Position numbers and translations under genes: made by a program. A stretch of 64,000 bases of DNA from the human T2T-CHM13v2.0 reference genome, Homo sapiens. The first letter of the stretch is position 1; each line of letters starts with the position of its first letter. Shown here in pieces: positions 25,201 to 38,362 of the stretch. The notes beneath the pieces were generated by a model, which made no database searches, was not told the DNA's origin, and saw only the letters and a list, made by a program, of their open reading frames with translations. The DNA lies in assembly GCF_009914755.1 (NCBI RefSeq), contig NC_060940.1; one strand, 5' to 3'.

Positions 25201-28200
25201 TTCAATTCCATTCAATGATTATCCCCTTAGAGTAAACTCAACGATTCCATTCAATACCATTCGATGATGATTCCTTTTGAGTCCATTCAATGATTTCATT
25301 CAAGTCCATTTGATGATTCCTTTCAATTCCATTCTATGATGATTCCATTCGAGTCCATTTGATGATTCCATTTGATTGCATTCGATTATTCCATTACATT
25401 CCAGTCAACGATGATTCCATTCGAGTCCATTCGATGATTCCATTAGAGTACATTTAATGATTGATTTGTTTTCAATTCGAAGATGATTACATTGGATTCC
25501 ATTCTATGATACCATTCGATTCCATTCAATGATGATTCCACTCAAATCCATTGGATGATTCCATTCGTGTCCATTCGGTGATTTCATTAGATTCCATTCG
25601 AGGATGATTCCATTCGATTCCATTCGATGATTCCATTCAATTCCATTCGATGATGATTCCATTCCAGTCCATATGATCATTCCATTTGATTTCATTCGAT
25701 GATGATTCCATTCGATTCCATTCGATGATTCCATTCTATTCCATTCGATGATGATTCCATTCGAGTCCATTCGATGATTGCATTCGAGTCCATTTAATGA
25801 TTCCATTGGGTTCAATTCAATGATGATTACATTGGATTCCGTTCTATGATTCCATTCAATTCCGTTCATTGACAATTTGATTCCATTCGATGATGATTCC
25901 ATTTGAGTTCATTCGATGATTCTATTCGATTCTCTTCGATGGTGATTCAATTCTATTATATTGGATGATTCCATTCGATTCCATTTGATGTTGATTCAAT
26001 TCGATTCTATTCGATGATGATTCCATTGGATTTCACTTGATGATTCTATTCGATTCCATTCAATGATGATTCACTTCTCGTCCATTGGATGATTCCATTT
26101 CATTCCATTCGATGATGATTCCATTCGATTCCATTCGATGATTCCATTTGATTCCATGCGACGGTGAGCAATTCGATTCAATTCCATGATGATTGTATTT
26201 GATTCAATTAGATGATGTTTCCATTCGAATCCATTCCATGATTATTCCATTGGAATCCATTCGGCGATGATTAAATATGAGTCAATTCAATGATGATTCC
26301 ATATGGGTACGTTCGATGATAATTCCATTTGATTTCATTCGATGCTTCTATTCAATTCCAGTTGATGATGATTCCGTTGGAGTCCATACGATGATTCCAT
26401 TTGATTTCATTTGATGATGATTCCATTCGATGATGATTACATTGGATTCCATTCTATGATTCCATTCAATTCCATTCGTTGATGATTCGATTCCATTAAA
26501 TGATGATTCCATTTGAGTTCATTCGATGATTCTATTCGATTCCGTTCGATGGTGATTCAATTCTCTTATATTGGATGATTCCACTCGATTCCATTTGATG
26601 ATTATTCCATTGGAGTCCACTTAGTGAATCCTTTAGATTCTACTCGAAGATGATTCCATTCGAGTCCATTCAATGATACCATTCAATTTCATTCGTTGAT
26701 GCTTCCATTCAAGTGCATTCGATGATATCATTCGATTCCATTTGGTGATAATTCCATTTGATTCCATGCGATGATTCTATTCGATTCCATTCAATGATAA
26801 TTCCATTCAATTCAGTGATTCCTCTGGACTCCATTTGATGATGATTCCATTCAATGATTCCATTCGATTCTATTCCAAAATGATTCCATTTGAATCCATT
26901 TGATGATGATTCCATTAGATTCCATTTGATGATTCCATTCGATTCCATTTGACGATGATTCCATTCGATTCCATTTGATGATTCCATTCTATTCTATTCG
27001 ATGATGATTCCATTCGATTCCATTTGATGATGATTGGATTCGATTCCATTTGATGATTTCATTTGATTCCATTCGTTAATGATTTCGATCAACTCCATTC
27101 GATGATTCCATTTGATTCCATTCGATAATGATTACATCCGAGTCCTTTCGATGATTCCATTTGAGCCTGTTCGATAATTCCATTTGAGTCCAATCAATGA
27201 TTCCATTCATTTCCATTCAATGATTCCATTCGAGTCCATTTGATCATTCTGGTAGGGTCCGTTCGATGTTGATTCCATTGGAGTGCATTCGATGATTCCA
27301 TTCGAGTCCATTTTATGATTTGATTCGAGTCCTTTCGATGATTCCATTCGATTCCACTCGATGATGATTTCATTCGAGTCCATTCGACACTTCCAATCGA
27401 TTCCATTTGATGTTTCCATTCGAGTCCAATTGATGATTCCATTCAATTCCATTCGATGATGATTCCGTACGATTCCATTCTGTGATGATTCCATGTGATT
27501 GCATTCAATGATGATTCCTTTCGATTGCATTCGATTATGATTCATTTCGTGTTCATTCTATGGTTCCACAGGTTTCCATTCGATGACGTTTCCGTTCGTG
27601 TCCATTCCATTATTCCATTCTATTTCATTTGATGATGATTCCATTCGATTCCATTCATTGGTGATTCCACTCAATTCCATTCAATGATTCCATTCCATTT
27701 CTTTCAACAATGAATCCATTAGTTTCTATTCGATGATCCACTTGATTCCATTTGGCGATGATTCCATTCGTGTCCATTCGATGATTCCATTTGATTCCAT
27801 ATGATGATGATCCCATTCGATTCCATACCATGATGATTCCATTCGAGTCCATTCAATGGTGATTCCATTCAATTCCATTCGATGATTCCTTCCGATTCCA
27901 TTCGATGATGATGGCATTCGATTCCTTTCAATCATTCCCTTTGATTCCATTCAAAGGTGATTTCATTCAAGTCCATTCGATAATTTCATTTGATTCCATT
28001 CTATGATGATTCCATTCGAGTCCATTTGATGATTCCATTCAATTCAAGTCAATGATGATTCCATTCGATTCCACTCGATGATTCCATTGGATTCCATTCG
28101 ATGATGATTCCATTCAAATCCATTCGATAATTCAATTAAAGTCCATTCGATGATGATTCTAATCGAATCCATTCAAAGATTCCATTCAATTCCATTCGAT

Positions 28201-28343
28201 GATGATTCCCTTAGATTCCATTCGATGATTCCACTTGATTCCATTTACGATGATTCCATTCGATTCCATGTGATGAATCCATTCAATTCTATTCAATGAT
28301 GTTTCCATTTGATTCCATTCGACCATGATTGCCTTTGATTCCA
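22223..28343 (+). repeat. Higher-order unit U5 (6121 bp = 6112 -10 +16 +3), paralogue of U2
   Basis: 10-bp deletion ~22380; shares U2 variants tgcgacggtg, ctattccaaaatg, ttggcgatg, ccttccgattcc and the 16-bp atgacgtttccgttcg. Confidence 0.88.
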
Positions 28344-31300
28344 TTCAATGATTCCATTCGGTTCCATTTGATGATGATTCCGTTCGATTCCATTTCATTA
28401 TTCCATTTGATTCCATTGGATGAGTCCATTCGATTACATTCGATGATTATTCCATTCGAGTGCATTAGATGATTGCATTCGAGTCCATTCGATGATTCCA
28501 TTCGATTCCATTCGATGTTGATTCTGTTCAAATCCATTCGATGATTCCACTCGATTCCATTAGATGACTCCATTTGATCACATTCGATGATTTCCTGTGA
28601 TTCCCTTTGATGATCATTCTATTTGATTCAATTCGGTGATTTCATTTCATTGCATTCAGTGATGTTTCCATTCGACTGTATTCGATGATGATTCCATTCG
28701 ACTCCATTCGATTATGATTTCATTCAATTCCATTCAATAATGATTCCCTTCGAGTCCATTCGATGATTCCATTCGATTCCATTCAACGATGATTTGATTC
28801 GTTTCCATTCGATGATTCCATTTGATTCCACTTGATGATGATTCCATTCGAGTCTATTTATGTATTATATTCGTGTCCACTTCATGATTCCATTCAATTC
28901 CATTTAATGTTGATTCCATTTGATTCCATTTGATGATTCAGTTCGATTCCTTGCAATGATTCCCTACGATTCCTTTCTATGATGATTCCATTCGATTCCA
29001 TTCATTGATGATTTCATTCGACTCCATTCGATGATGATTCCTTTCGATTCCATTTGACGATGTTTCCATTCGAGTCCATTCGATGATGATTCTATTCAAT
29101 TCTGTTCTATTATGATTCCATTCGATTTCATTCAATGCTTCTATTTGATTCCATTCGATGATGATTCCATCTCTTTCCCTTCGATGATTCCATTTGATTC
29201 CATTCAGTGATGATTCCATTTGATTCCATCTGATGATGATTTCACTTTATTCCTTTCAATGATGATTCAATTCAAGTCCATTCGATGATTCCATTGGAGT
29301 CCAAACGATCATTCCGTTCGATTCCATTCAATGGTGATTCCATTCATGTCCATTCGATGAATCCATTCAATTCCATTCGATGATGACTCCATTCGAGTAC
29401 ATTCGATGATTCCATTTGATTCCATTTGAAGATGATTCCATTCAATTCCATTCGAAGACGATTCCATTCAATTCCATTCGATGATGATTCCGTATGAATC
29501 CATTCTCTGATTATTCCATTCGATTCCATTCATTGACGATTCCATTCAATTCCATTCAATGATGATTCTCTTCTATTCCATTCGATGATTCCGGTCGATT
29601 CCATTCGATGATGATTCCATTAGATTCCATTCGATTGTTGCATTCGATTCCCTTCGATGATGATTCCTTTGAATTCCATTCGATTATCATTCCGTATGAA
29701 TCCATTTGATGATTATTCCATTGGATTCCTTTCGATGATGATTCCATTCGATTCCATTTGATGATGTTTCTCTTGTATTCCATTGGATAATTCCTTTCAG
29801 TTCCCTTCGATGATTATTCTTTCGAGTCAATTCGATGATTCTATTCCATTCCCTTCGATGATGATTCCATTTCACTCCATTTGATGATTCCATTCGACTC
29901 AATTTGGTGATGATTCAATTCGATGACATTCGATGACTCCATTCAATTTCATTTGATGATGATTGCATTCGAGTCCATTTGATGATTGTATTCCTTTCCT
30001 TTTGATGATTATTCCATTCGTGTCTATTCAAAGATTCCATTCTATTCCATTCAATGATGATTGCATTTGATTCCATTCAATGATTATGGCTATCGATTCC
30101 ACTCGTTGATTCCATTTGATTCCGTTCGAGGATTATTCCGTTAGATTCCATTAGAAGATTCCATTCGATTTTATTGAATGATTCCAATGGATTCCATTCA
30201 ATGATGATTCCATTCGACTCCATTCAGTGATTCCATTCGAGTCCATTTGATGATTCCATTTTTTTCCATTTGATGATGATTCCATTAGGGTCCATTCAAT
30301 GATTCCATTCGAGTCCATTCGTTAACGCCTTTCGAGTCCTTTTGATCACTACATTCGAGTCCATTCAATGATTCTATTCGATTCCATTCGATGATGATTC
30401 CATTCGAGTTCATTCGATGATTGCATTCGAGTCCATTTGATGATTCCAAATGATTCCATTCGACAATGATTCCATTCGTGTCCATTTGATGATTCCATTC
30501 ATTTCCTATCGATGAAGATTCCGTTCAAGTGTATTCGATGATTCCATTCAAATCCATTCGATGATGATTCCATTCCAGTCCATTCGATCATTCCACTTGA
30601 TTCCATTTGATGACTATTCCATTCAAATCCATTTGATGATTCCATTCGATTCCATTCGATGTTACCATTCGAGTATATACGATGATTCCACTCGATTCCA
30701 TTTGATGATTATTCCATTGGAGTCCACTTAGTGAATCCTTTAGATTCTACTCGAAGATGATTCCATTCGAGTCCATTCGATGATACCATTCAATTCCATT
30801 CGTTGATGCTTCCATTCAAGTGCATTCGATGATATCATTCGATTCCATTTGATGATAATTCCATTTGATTCCATGCGATGATTCTATTCGATTCCATTCA
30901 ATGATAATTCCATTCAATTCAGTGATTCCTCTGGACTCCATTTGATGATGATTCCATTCAATGATTCCATTCGATTCTATTCGAAAATGATTCCATTTGA
31001 ATCCATTTGATGATGATTCCATTGGATTCCATTTGATGATTCCATTCGATTCCATTCGATGATGATTCCATTCGATTCCATTTGATGATTCCATTCTATT
31101 GCATTCGATGATGATTCCATTCGATTCCATTCGATGATGATTGGATTCGATTCCATTTGATTCCATTCGATAATGATTTCGATCAATTCCATTCGATGAT
31201 TCCATTCGATTCCATTCGATAATGATTACATCCGAGTCCATTCGATGATTCCATTTGAGCCCGTTCGATAATTCCATTTGAGTCCAATCAATGATTCCAT

Positions 31301-32434
31301 TCATTTCCATTCAATGATTCCATTCGAGTCCATTTGATCATTCCGGTAGGGTCCGTTCGATGTTGATTCCATTGGTGTGCATTCGATGATTCCATTCGAG
31401 TCCATTTTAGGATTTGATTCGAGTCCTTTCGATGATTCCATTCGATTCCACTCGATGATTTCATTCGAGTCCATTCGACACTTCCAATCGATTCCATTTG
31501 ATGTTTCCATTCGATTCCAATTGATGATTCCATTCAATTCCATTCGATGATGATTCCGTACGATTCCATTCTGTGATGATTCCATGTGATTGCATTCAAT
31601 GATGATTCCTTTCGATTGCATTCGATTATGATTCATTTCGTGTTCATTCTATGGTTCCACAGGTTTCCATTCGATGATGTTTCCATTCGTGTCCATTCCA
31701 TTATTCCATTCTATTCCATTTGAAGATGATTCCATTCGATTCCATTCATTGGTGATTCCACTCAATTCCATTCAATGATTCCATTCCATTTCTTTCAACA
31801 ATGATTCCATTAGTTTCTATTCGATGATCCACTTGATTCCATTTGACGATGATTCCATTCGTGTCCATTCGATGATTCCATTTGATTCCATATGATGATG
31901 ATTCCATTCGATTCCATATGATGATGATTCCATTCGAGTCCATTCAATGGTGATTCCATTCAATTCCATTCGATGATTCCTTTTGATTCCATTCAATGAT
32001 GATGGCATTCGATTCCTTTCGATCATTCCCTTTGATTCCATTCAAAGGTGATTTCATTCAAGTCCATTCGATAATTGCATTCGATTCCATTCTATGATGA
32101 TTCCATTCGAGTCCATTTGATGATTCCATTCAATTCAAGTCAATGATGATTCCATTCGATTCCACTCGATGATTCCATTGGATTCCATTCGATGATGATT
32201 CCATTCAAATCCATTCGATAATTCAATTCAAGTCCATTCGATGATGATTCCAATCGAATCCATTCAAAGATTCCACTCAATTCCATTCGATGATGATTCC
32301 CTTAGATTCCATTCGATGATTCCACTTGATTCCATTTACGATGATTCCATTCGATTCCATGTGATGATTCCATTCAATTCTATTCAATGATGTTTCCACT
32401 TGATTCCATTCGAACATGATTGCCTTTGATTCCA
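28344..32434 (+). repeat. Short variant unit U6 (4091 bp = U3 -23 +11 -13)
   Basis: Anchors at 28344 and 32435; same alternative block and junctions as U3. Confidence 0.88.
28850..30680 (+). repeat. Alternative ~1.83-kb HSat2 block, copy 2
   Basis: Same start (agtctatttatgtattatattcg, 28851) and end (gagtatatac, 30680) as copy 1; 11 bp longer (gaagattccgt, ~30514). Confidence 0.85.
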
Positions 32435-35400
32435 TTCAATGATTCCATACGGTTCCATTTGATGATGATTCCATTCGAGTGCATTAGATGATTCCATTCG
32501 AGTCCATTCGATGATTCCATTCGATTCCATTCGATGTTGATTCTGTTCAAATCCATTCGATGATTCCACTCGATTCCATTCGATGACTCCATTTGATCCC
32601 ATTCGATGATTTCCTTTGATTCCCTTTGATGATCATTCCATTTGATTCAATTCGGTGATTTCATTTGATTCCATTCAGTGATGTTTCCATTCAACTCCTT
32701 TCGATGATGATTCCATTCGACTCCATTCGATTATGATTTCATTCAATTCCATTGGATAATGATTCCCTTCAAGTCCATTCGATGATTCCATTCGATTCCA
32801 TTCAACGATGATTTGATTCGTGTCCATTCGATGATTACATTTGATTCCATTTGATGATGATTCCATTCGAGTCCCTTTGATGATTCCATTCAATTCCATT
32901 CTCCGATGAATTCTTTTGAGCCCATTCAATGCTTCCACTCGATTCCATATGATGATGACTCCATTTGATGAAATTCCATGATGATTCCATTCGCTTGCAT
33001 TCGATGATGATTCCACTTGAGTCCGTTAGAAGATTCTATTCAATTACATTCCATGACGATTCTGTTCGAGTCCATTTGATGATTCCATTAGACTCCATTT
33101 GACGATGATTCCATTCGATGTTATTCGATGATGCTTCCATTCAACTCCATTCGATGTTTCCATTCGAGTTCATTCTATTATTCCATTAGATTCCATTCGA
33201 TGATGATTCCATTCGATTCCATTTGATGATTGCATTCTGTTTCATTTGATGATGATTCCATTCGAGTCCATTCGATGATTCCATTCGAGTCCATTTAATG
33301 AATCCATTGGTTTCAATTCTATGATGATTACATTGGATTCCATTCGTTGATGATTTCATTCGATTCCATTCAATGATGATTCCATTCAATTCCATTCAAT
33401 GATTCCATTCAATTCCATACGATGATGATTCCATTTGATTTGATTCGACAGTGAGCCATTCGATTCAATTCCATGATGATTCTATTTGATTCAATTGGTT
33501 GACATTTCCATTCGATTCCATTCGATGATGATTCCATTTGATTCCATTCAAAGATGATTCCATTCTAGCCCATTCAATCATTCCATTCGATTCTATTCAA
33601 TGATGATTCCATTCATGTCGATTTGGTGATTCCATTTGACTTCATTTGATGATGATTCCTTTCAAGTTCATTAGATGATTCCATTCGATTCCATTTGATG
33701 ATGATCCCATTCCAGTCCATTCAGTGATTCCACTCGTTTCCATTCCATGATGATTCCATTCCATTCCATTCAATGACTCCATTCGATTCCGTTTGATGAT
33801 GATTTCATTCGAGTCCATTTGATGATTCCATTTGATTCCATTCGATGATGATTACATTCGAGTCCATACGATGATTCCACTCAATTCCATATGATGATGA
33901 TTCCATTCGATTCCATTCGATGATTCCATTCTATTCTATTCAATGGTGATTCCATTCGAGTACATTAGATGATTCCATTCGATTCCATTCAATGATGATT
34001 CTATTTGTGTCCCTTAGATGGTTCCACATGATTCCATTTCATGATGATACTATTTGAGCCCATCCAATGATTCCCTTCGTATCCATTCGATGAGGATTCC
34101 ATTCGATTCAATTCATTGGTGATTCTATTCAATTCAATTCTTTGATTCCATTCCATTCCATTCGACAATGATTCCATTCGATTTCTTTCGATGATTCCAC
34201 TCGATTCCACTTGACATTGATTCCATTCGATTCCATTCAATGATTCCGTTTGATTCCAGTGGATGATGATTGCCATCGATTCCATTCGATCACTCCATTC
34301 TATTCCATTTGATGATGATTACATTCGATTCCATTTGATGATTCCATCTGATTCTATTCGAGGATTCCATTTGATTCCATTCGATGATGATTCCATTCGA
34401 GTGCATTCGATGATTTCATTCGAGTACATCCACTGATTCCATTCGAGTCCATTTGATGATTCCATTTAATTCCATTTGATTATGATTCGACTAGAGTCCA
34501 TTCAATGACTCCATTCGAATCCATTCAACAATTCCATTCGAGGCCATTCGATGATTCCATTTCATGATTCCATTCGAGTCCATTTAATCATTACAGTCGA
34601 GTCCATTTGGTGATTCCACTGGATTTCTTTTGATAATGATACCATTCAATTACATTTGATGATGATCCCATTCAATTTCATTTGATGGTGATTCCATTAG
34701 AGTCCATTCGATGATTTCATTCGAGTCCCTTCAGTGATTCCATCCGATTTCATTTGATGATGACTCCATTCGAGTCCATTCGATGATTCCACTCGATTCC
34801 ATCAGATGGTTCCATTGGAGTCCATTTGATTGTTCCATTCGATTCTATTCAATTCCTTTCGAAGATTATTCCATTTGAGTCCATTCGATGATGATTCCAT
34901 TCCATTCCATTCGATGATTCCGTTTGATTCCATTCGATGATTCCCTTCGATTCCTTTCTTTGATGATTCCATTCCATTCCATTCAATGATTCCATTCGAA
35001 TCTATTCCATGATGATTCCTTTCGATTCCATTCGCTGATGTTTCCGTTCAATTCCATTCGATGATGATTCCATTCGATTCCATTCATTGAGGATTCCATT
35101 TGATTCCATTCAATGATGATTCCGTTCTATTCCATTCAATGATTGCATTCAATTCCATTCAATGATTATCCCCTTAGAGTAAACTCAACGATTCCATTCA
35201 ATACCATTCGATGATGATTCCTTTTGAGTCCATTCAATGATTTCATTCAAGTCCATTTGATGATTCCTTTCAATTCCATTCTATGATGATTCCATTCGAG
35301 TCCATTCGATGATTCCATTCGATTGCATTCGATGATTCCATTATATTCCATTCAACAATGATTCCATTCGAGTCCATTCGATGATTCCATTAGAGTACAT

Positions 35401-38362
35401 TTAATGATTGCTTTGTTTTCAATTCGAAGATGATTACATTGGATTCCATTCTATGATACCATTCGATTCCATTCAATGATGATTCCACTCAAATCCATTG
35501 GATGATTCCATTCGTGTCCATTCGGTGATTTCATTAGATTCCATTCGAGGATGATTCCATTCGATTCCATTCGATGATTCCATTCAATTCCATTCTATGA
35601 TGATCATTCCATATGATCATTCCATTTGATTTCATTCGATGATGATTCCATTCGATTCCATTCGATGATTCCATTCTATTCCATTCGATGATGATTCCAT
35701 TCGAGTCCATTCGATGATTCCATTCGAGTCCATTTAATGATTCCATTGGGTTCAATTCAATGATGATTACATTGGATTCCGTTCTATGATTCCATTCAAT
35801 TCCGTTCATTGACAATTTGATTCCATTCGATGATGATTCCATTTGAGTTCATTCGATGATTCTATTCGATTCTCTTCGATGGTGATTCAATTCTATTATA
35901 TTGGATGATTCCATTCGATTCCATTTGATGTTGATTCAATTCGATTCTATTCGATGATGATTCCATTGGATTTCACTTGATGATTCTATTCGATTCCATT
36001 CAATGATGATTCACTTCTCGTCCATTGGATGATTCCATTTCATTCCATTCGATGATGATTCCATTCGATTCCATTCGATGATTCCATTTGATTCCATGCG
36101 TCGGTGAGCAATTCGATTCAATTCCATGATGATTCTATTTGATTCAATTAGATGATGTTTCCATTCGAATCCATTCCATGATTATTCCATTGGAATCCAT
36201 TCGGCGATGATTCCATATGAGTCAATTCAATGATGATTCAATATGGGTCCGTTCGATGATAATTCCATTAGATTTCATTCGGTGCTTCTATTCAATTCCA
36301 GTCGATGATGATTCCGTTGGAGTCCATACGATGATTCCATTTGATTTCATTTGATGATGATTCCATTCGATGATGATTACATTGGATTCCATTCTATGAT
36401 TCCATTCAATTCCATTCGTTGATGATTCGATTCCATTCAATGATGATTCCATTTGAGTTCATTCGATGATTCTATTCGATTCCGTTCGATGGTGATTCAA
36501 TTCTCTTATATTGGATGAATCCACTCGATTCCATTTGATGATTATTCCATTGGAGTCCACTTAGTGAATCCTTCAGATTCTACTCGAAGATGATTCCATT
36601 CAAGTCCATTCGATGATACCATTCAATTCCATTCGTTGATGCTTCCATTCAAGTGCATTCGATGATATCATTCGATTCCATTTGATGATAATTCCATTTG
36701 ATTCCATGCGATGATTCTATTCGATTCCATTCAATGATAATTCCATTCAGTTCAGTGATTCCTCTGGACTCCATTTGATGATGATTCCATTCAATGATTC
36801 CATTCGATTCTATTCGAAAGTGATTCCATTTGAATCCATTTGATGATGATTCCATTAGATTCCATTTGATGATTCCATTCGATTCCATGCGACGATGATT
36901 CCATTCGATTCCATGTGATGATTCCATTCTATTCTATTCGATGATGATTCCATTCGATTCCATTCGATGATGATTGGATTCGATTCCATTTGATGATATC
37001 ATTTGATTCCATTCGTTAATGATTTCGATCAATTCCATTCGATGATTCCATTCGATTCCATTCGATGATGATTGGATTTGATTCCATTTGATGATTTCAT
37101 TTGATTCCATTCGTTAATGATTTTGATCAATTCCATTCGATGATTCCATTCGATTCCATTCGATAATGATTACATCCGAGTCCATTCGATGATTCCATTT
37201 GAGCCTGTTCGATAATTCCTTTTGAGTCCAACCAATGATTCCATTCATTTCCATTCAATGATTCCATTCGAGTCCATTTGATCATTCCAGTAGGGTCCAT
37301 TCGACGTTGATTCCATTGGAGTGCATTCGATGATTCCATTCGAGTCCATTTTAGGATTTGATTCGAGTCCTTTCGATGATTCCATTCGATTCCACTCGAT
37401 GATGATTTCATTCGAGTCCATTCGACACTTCCAATCGATTCCATTTGATGTTTCCATTCGAGTCCAATTGATGATTCCATTCAATTCCATTCGATGATGA
37501 TTCCGTACGATTCCATTCTGTGATGATTCCATGTGATTGCATTCAATGATGATTCCTTTAGATTGCATTCGATTGTGATTCATTTCGTCTTCATTCTATG
37601 GTTCCACAGGTTTCCATTCGTGTCCATTCCATTATTCCATTCTATTCCATTTGATGATGATTCCATTCGATTCCATTCATTGGTGATTCCACTCAATTCC
37701 ATTCAATGATTCCATTCCATTTCTTTCAACAATGATTCCATTAGTTTCTATTCGGTGATCCACTTGATTCCATTTGACGACGATTCCATTCGTGTCCATT
37801 CGATGATTCCATTTGATTCCATATGATGATGATTCCATTCGATTCCATACGATGATGATTCCATTCGAGTCCATTCAATGGTGATTCCATTCAATTCCAT
37901 TCGATGATTCCTTTCGATTCCATTCGATGATGATGGCATTCGATTCCTTTCAATCATTCCCTTTGATTCCATTCAAAGGTGATTTCATTCAAGTCCATTC
38001 GATAATTGCATTCGATTCCATTCTATGATGATTCCATTCGAGTCCATTTGATGATTCCATTCAATTCAAGTCAATGATGATTCCATTCGATTCCATTCGA
38101 TGATTCCATTGGATTCCATTCGATGATGATTCCATTCAAATCCATTCGATAATTCAATTCAAGTCCATTCGATGATGATTAAAATCGAATCCATTCAAAG
38201 ATTCCATTCAGTTCCATTCGATGATTCCCTTAGATTCCATTCGATGATTCCACTTGATTTCATTTACGATGATTCCATTCGATTCCATGTGATGATTCCA
38301 TTCAATTCTATTCAATGCTGTTTCCATTTCTTTCCATTCGACCATGATTGCCTTTGATTCCA
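32435..38362 (+). repeat. Higher-order unit U7 (5928 bp = 6112 -72 -23 -170 -10 -7 +98), paralogue of U4
   Basis: Shares the four U4 deletions; has a private net 7-bp deletion ~35600 and a 98-bp duplication ~36974-37170. Confidence 0.88.

Larger units (their letters stand above)
6139..38362 (+). repeat. Two tandem copies of a ~16.1-kb super-unit (6139-22222, 16084 bp; 22223-38362, 16140 bp)
   Basis: Long/short/deleted unit pattern occurs twice with shared indels and substitutions. Boundaries follow my arbitrary phasing; the true breakpoints are unresolved. Confidence 0.85.
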
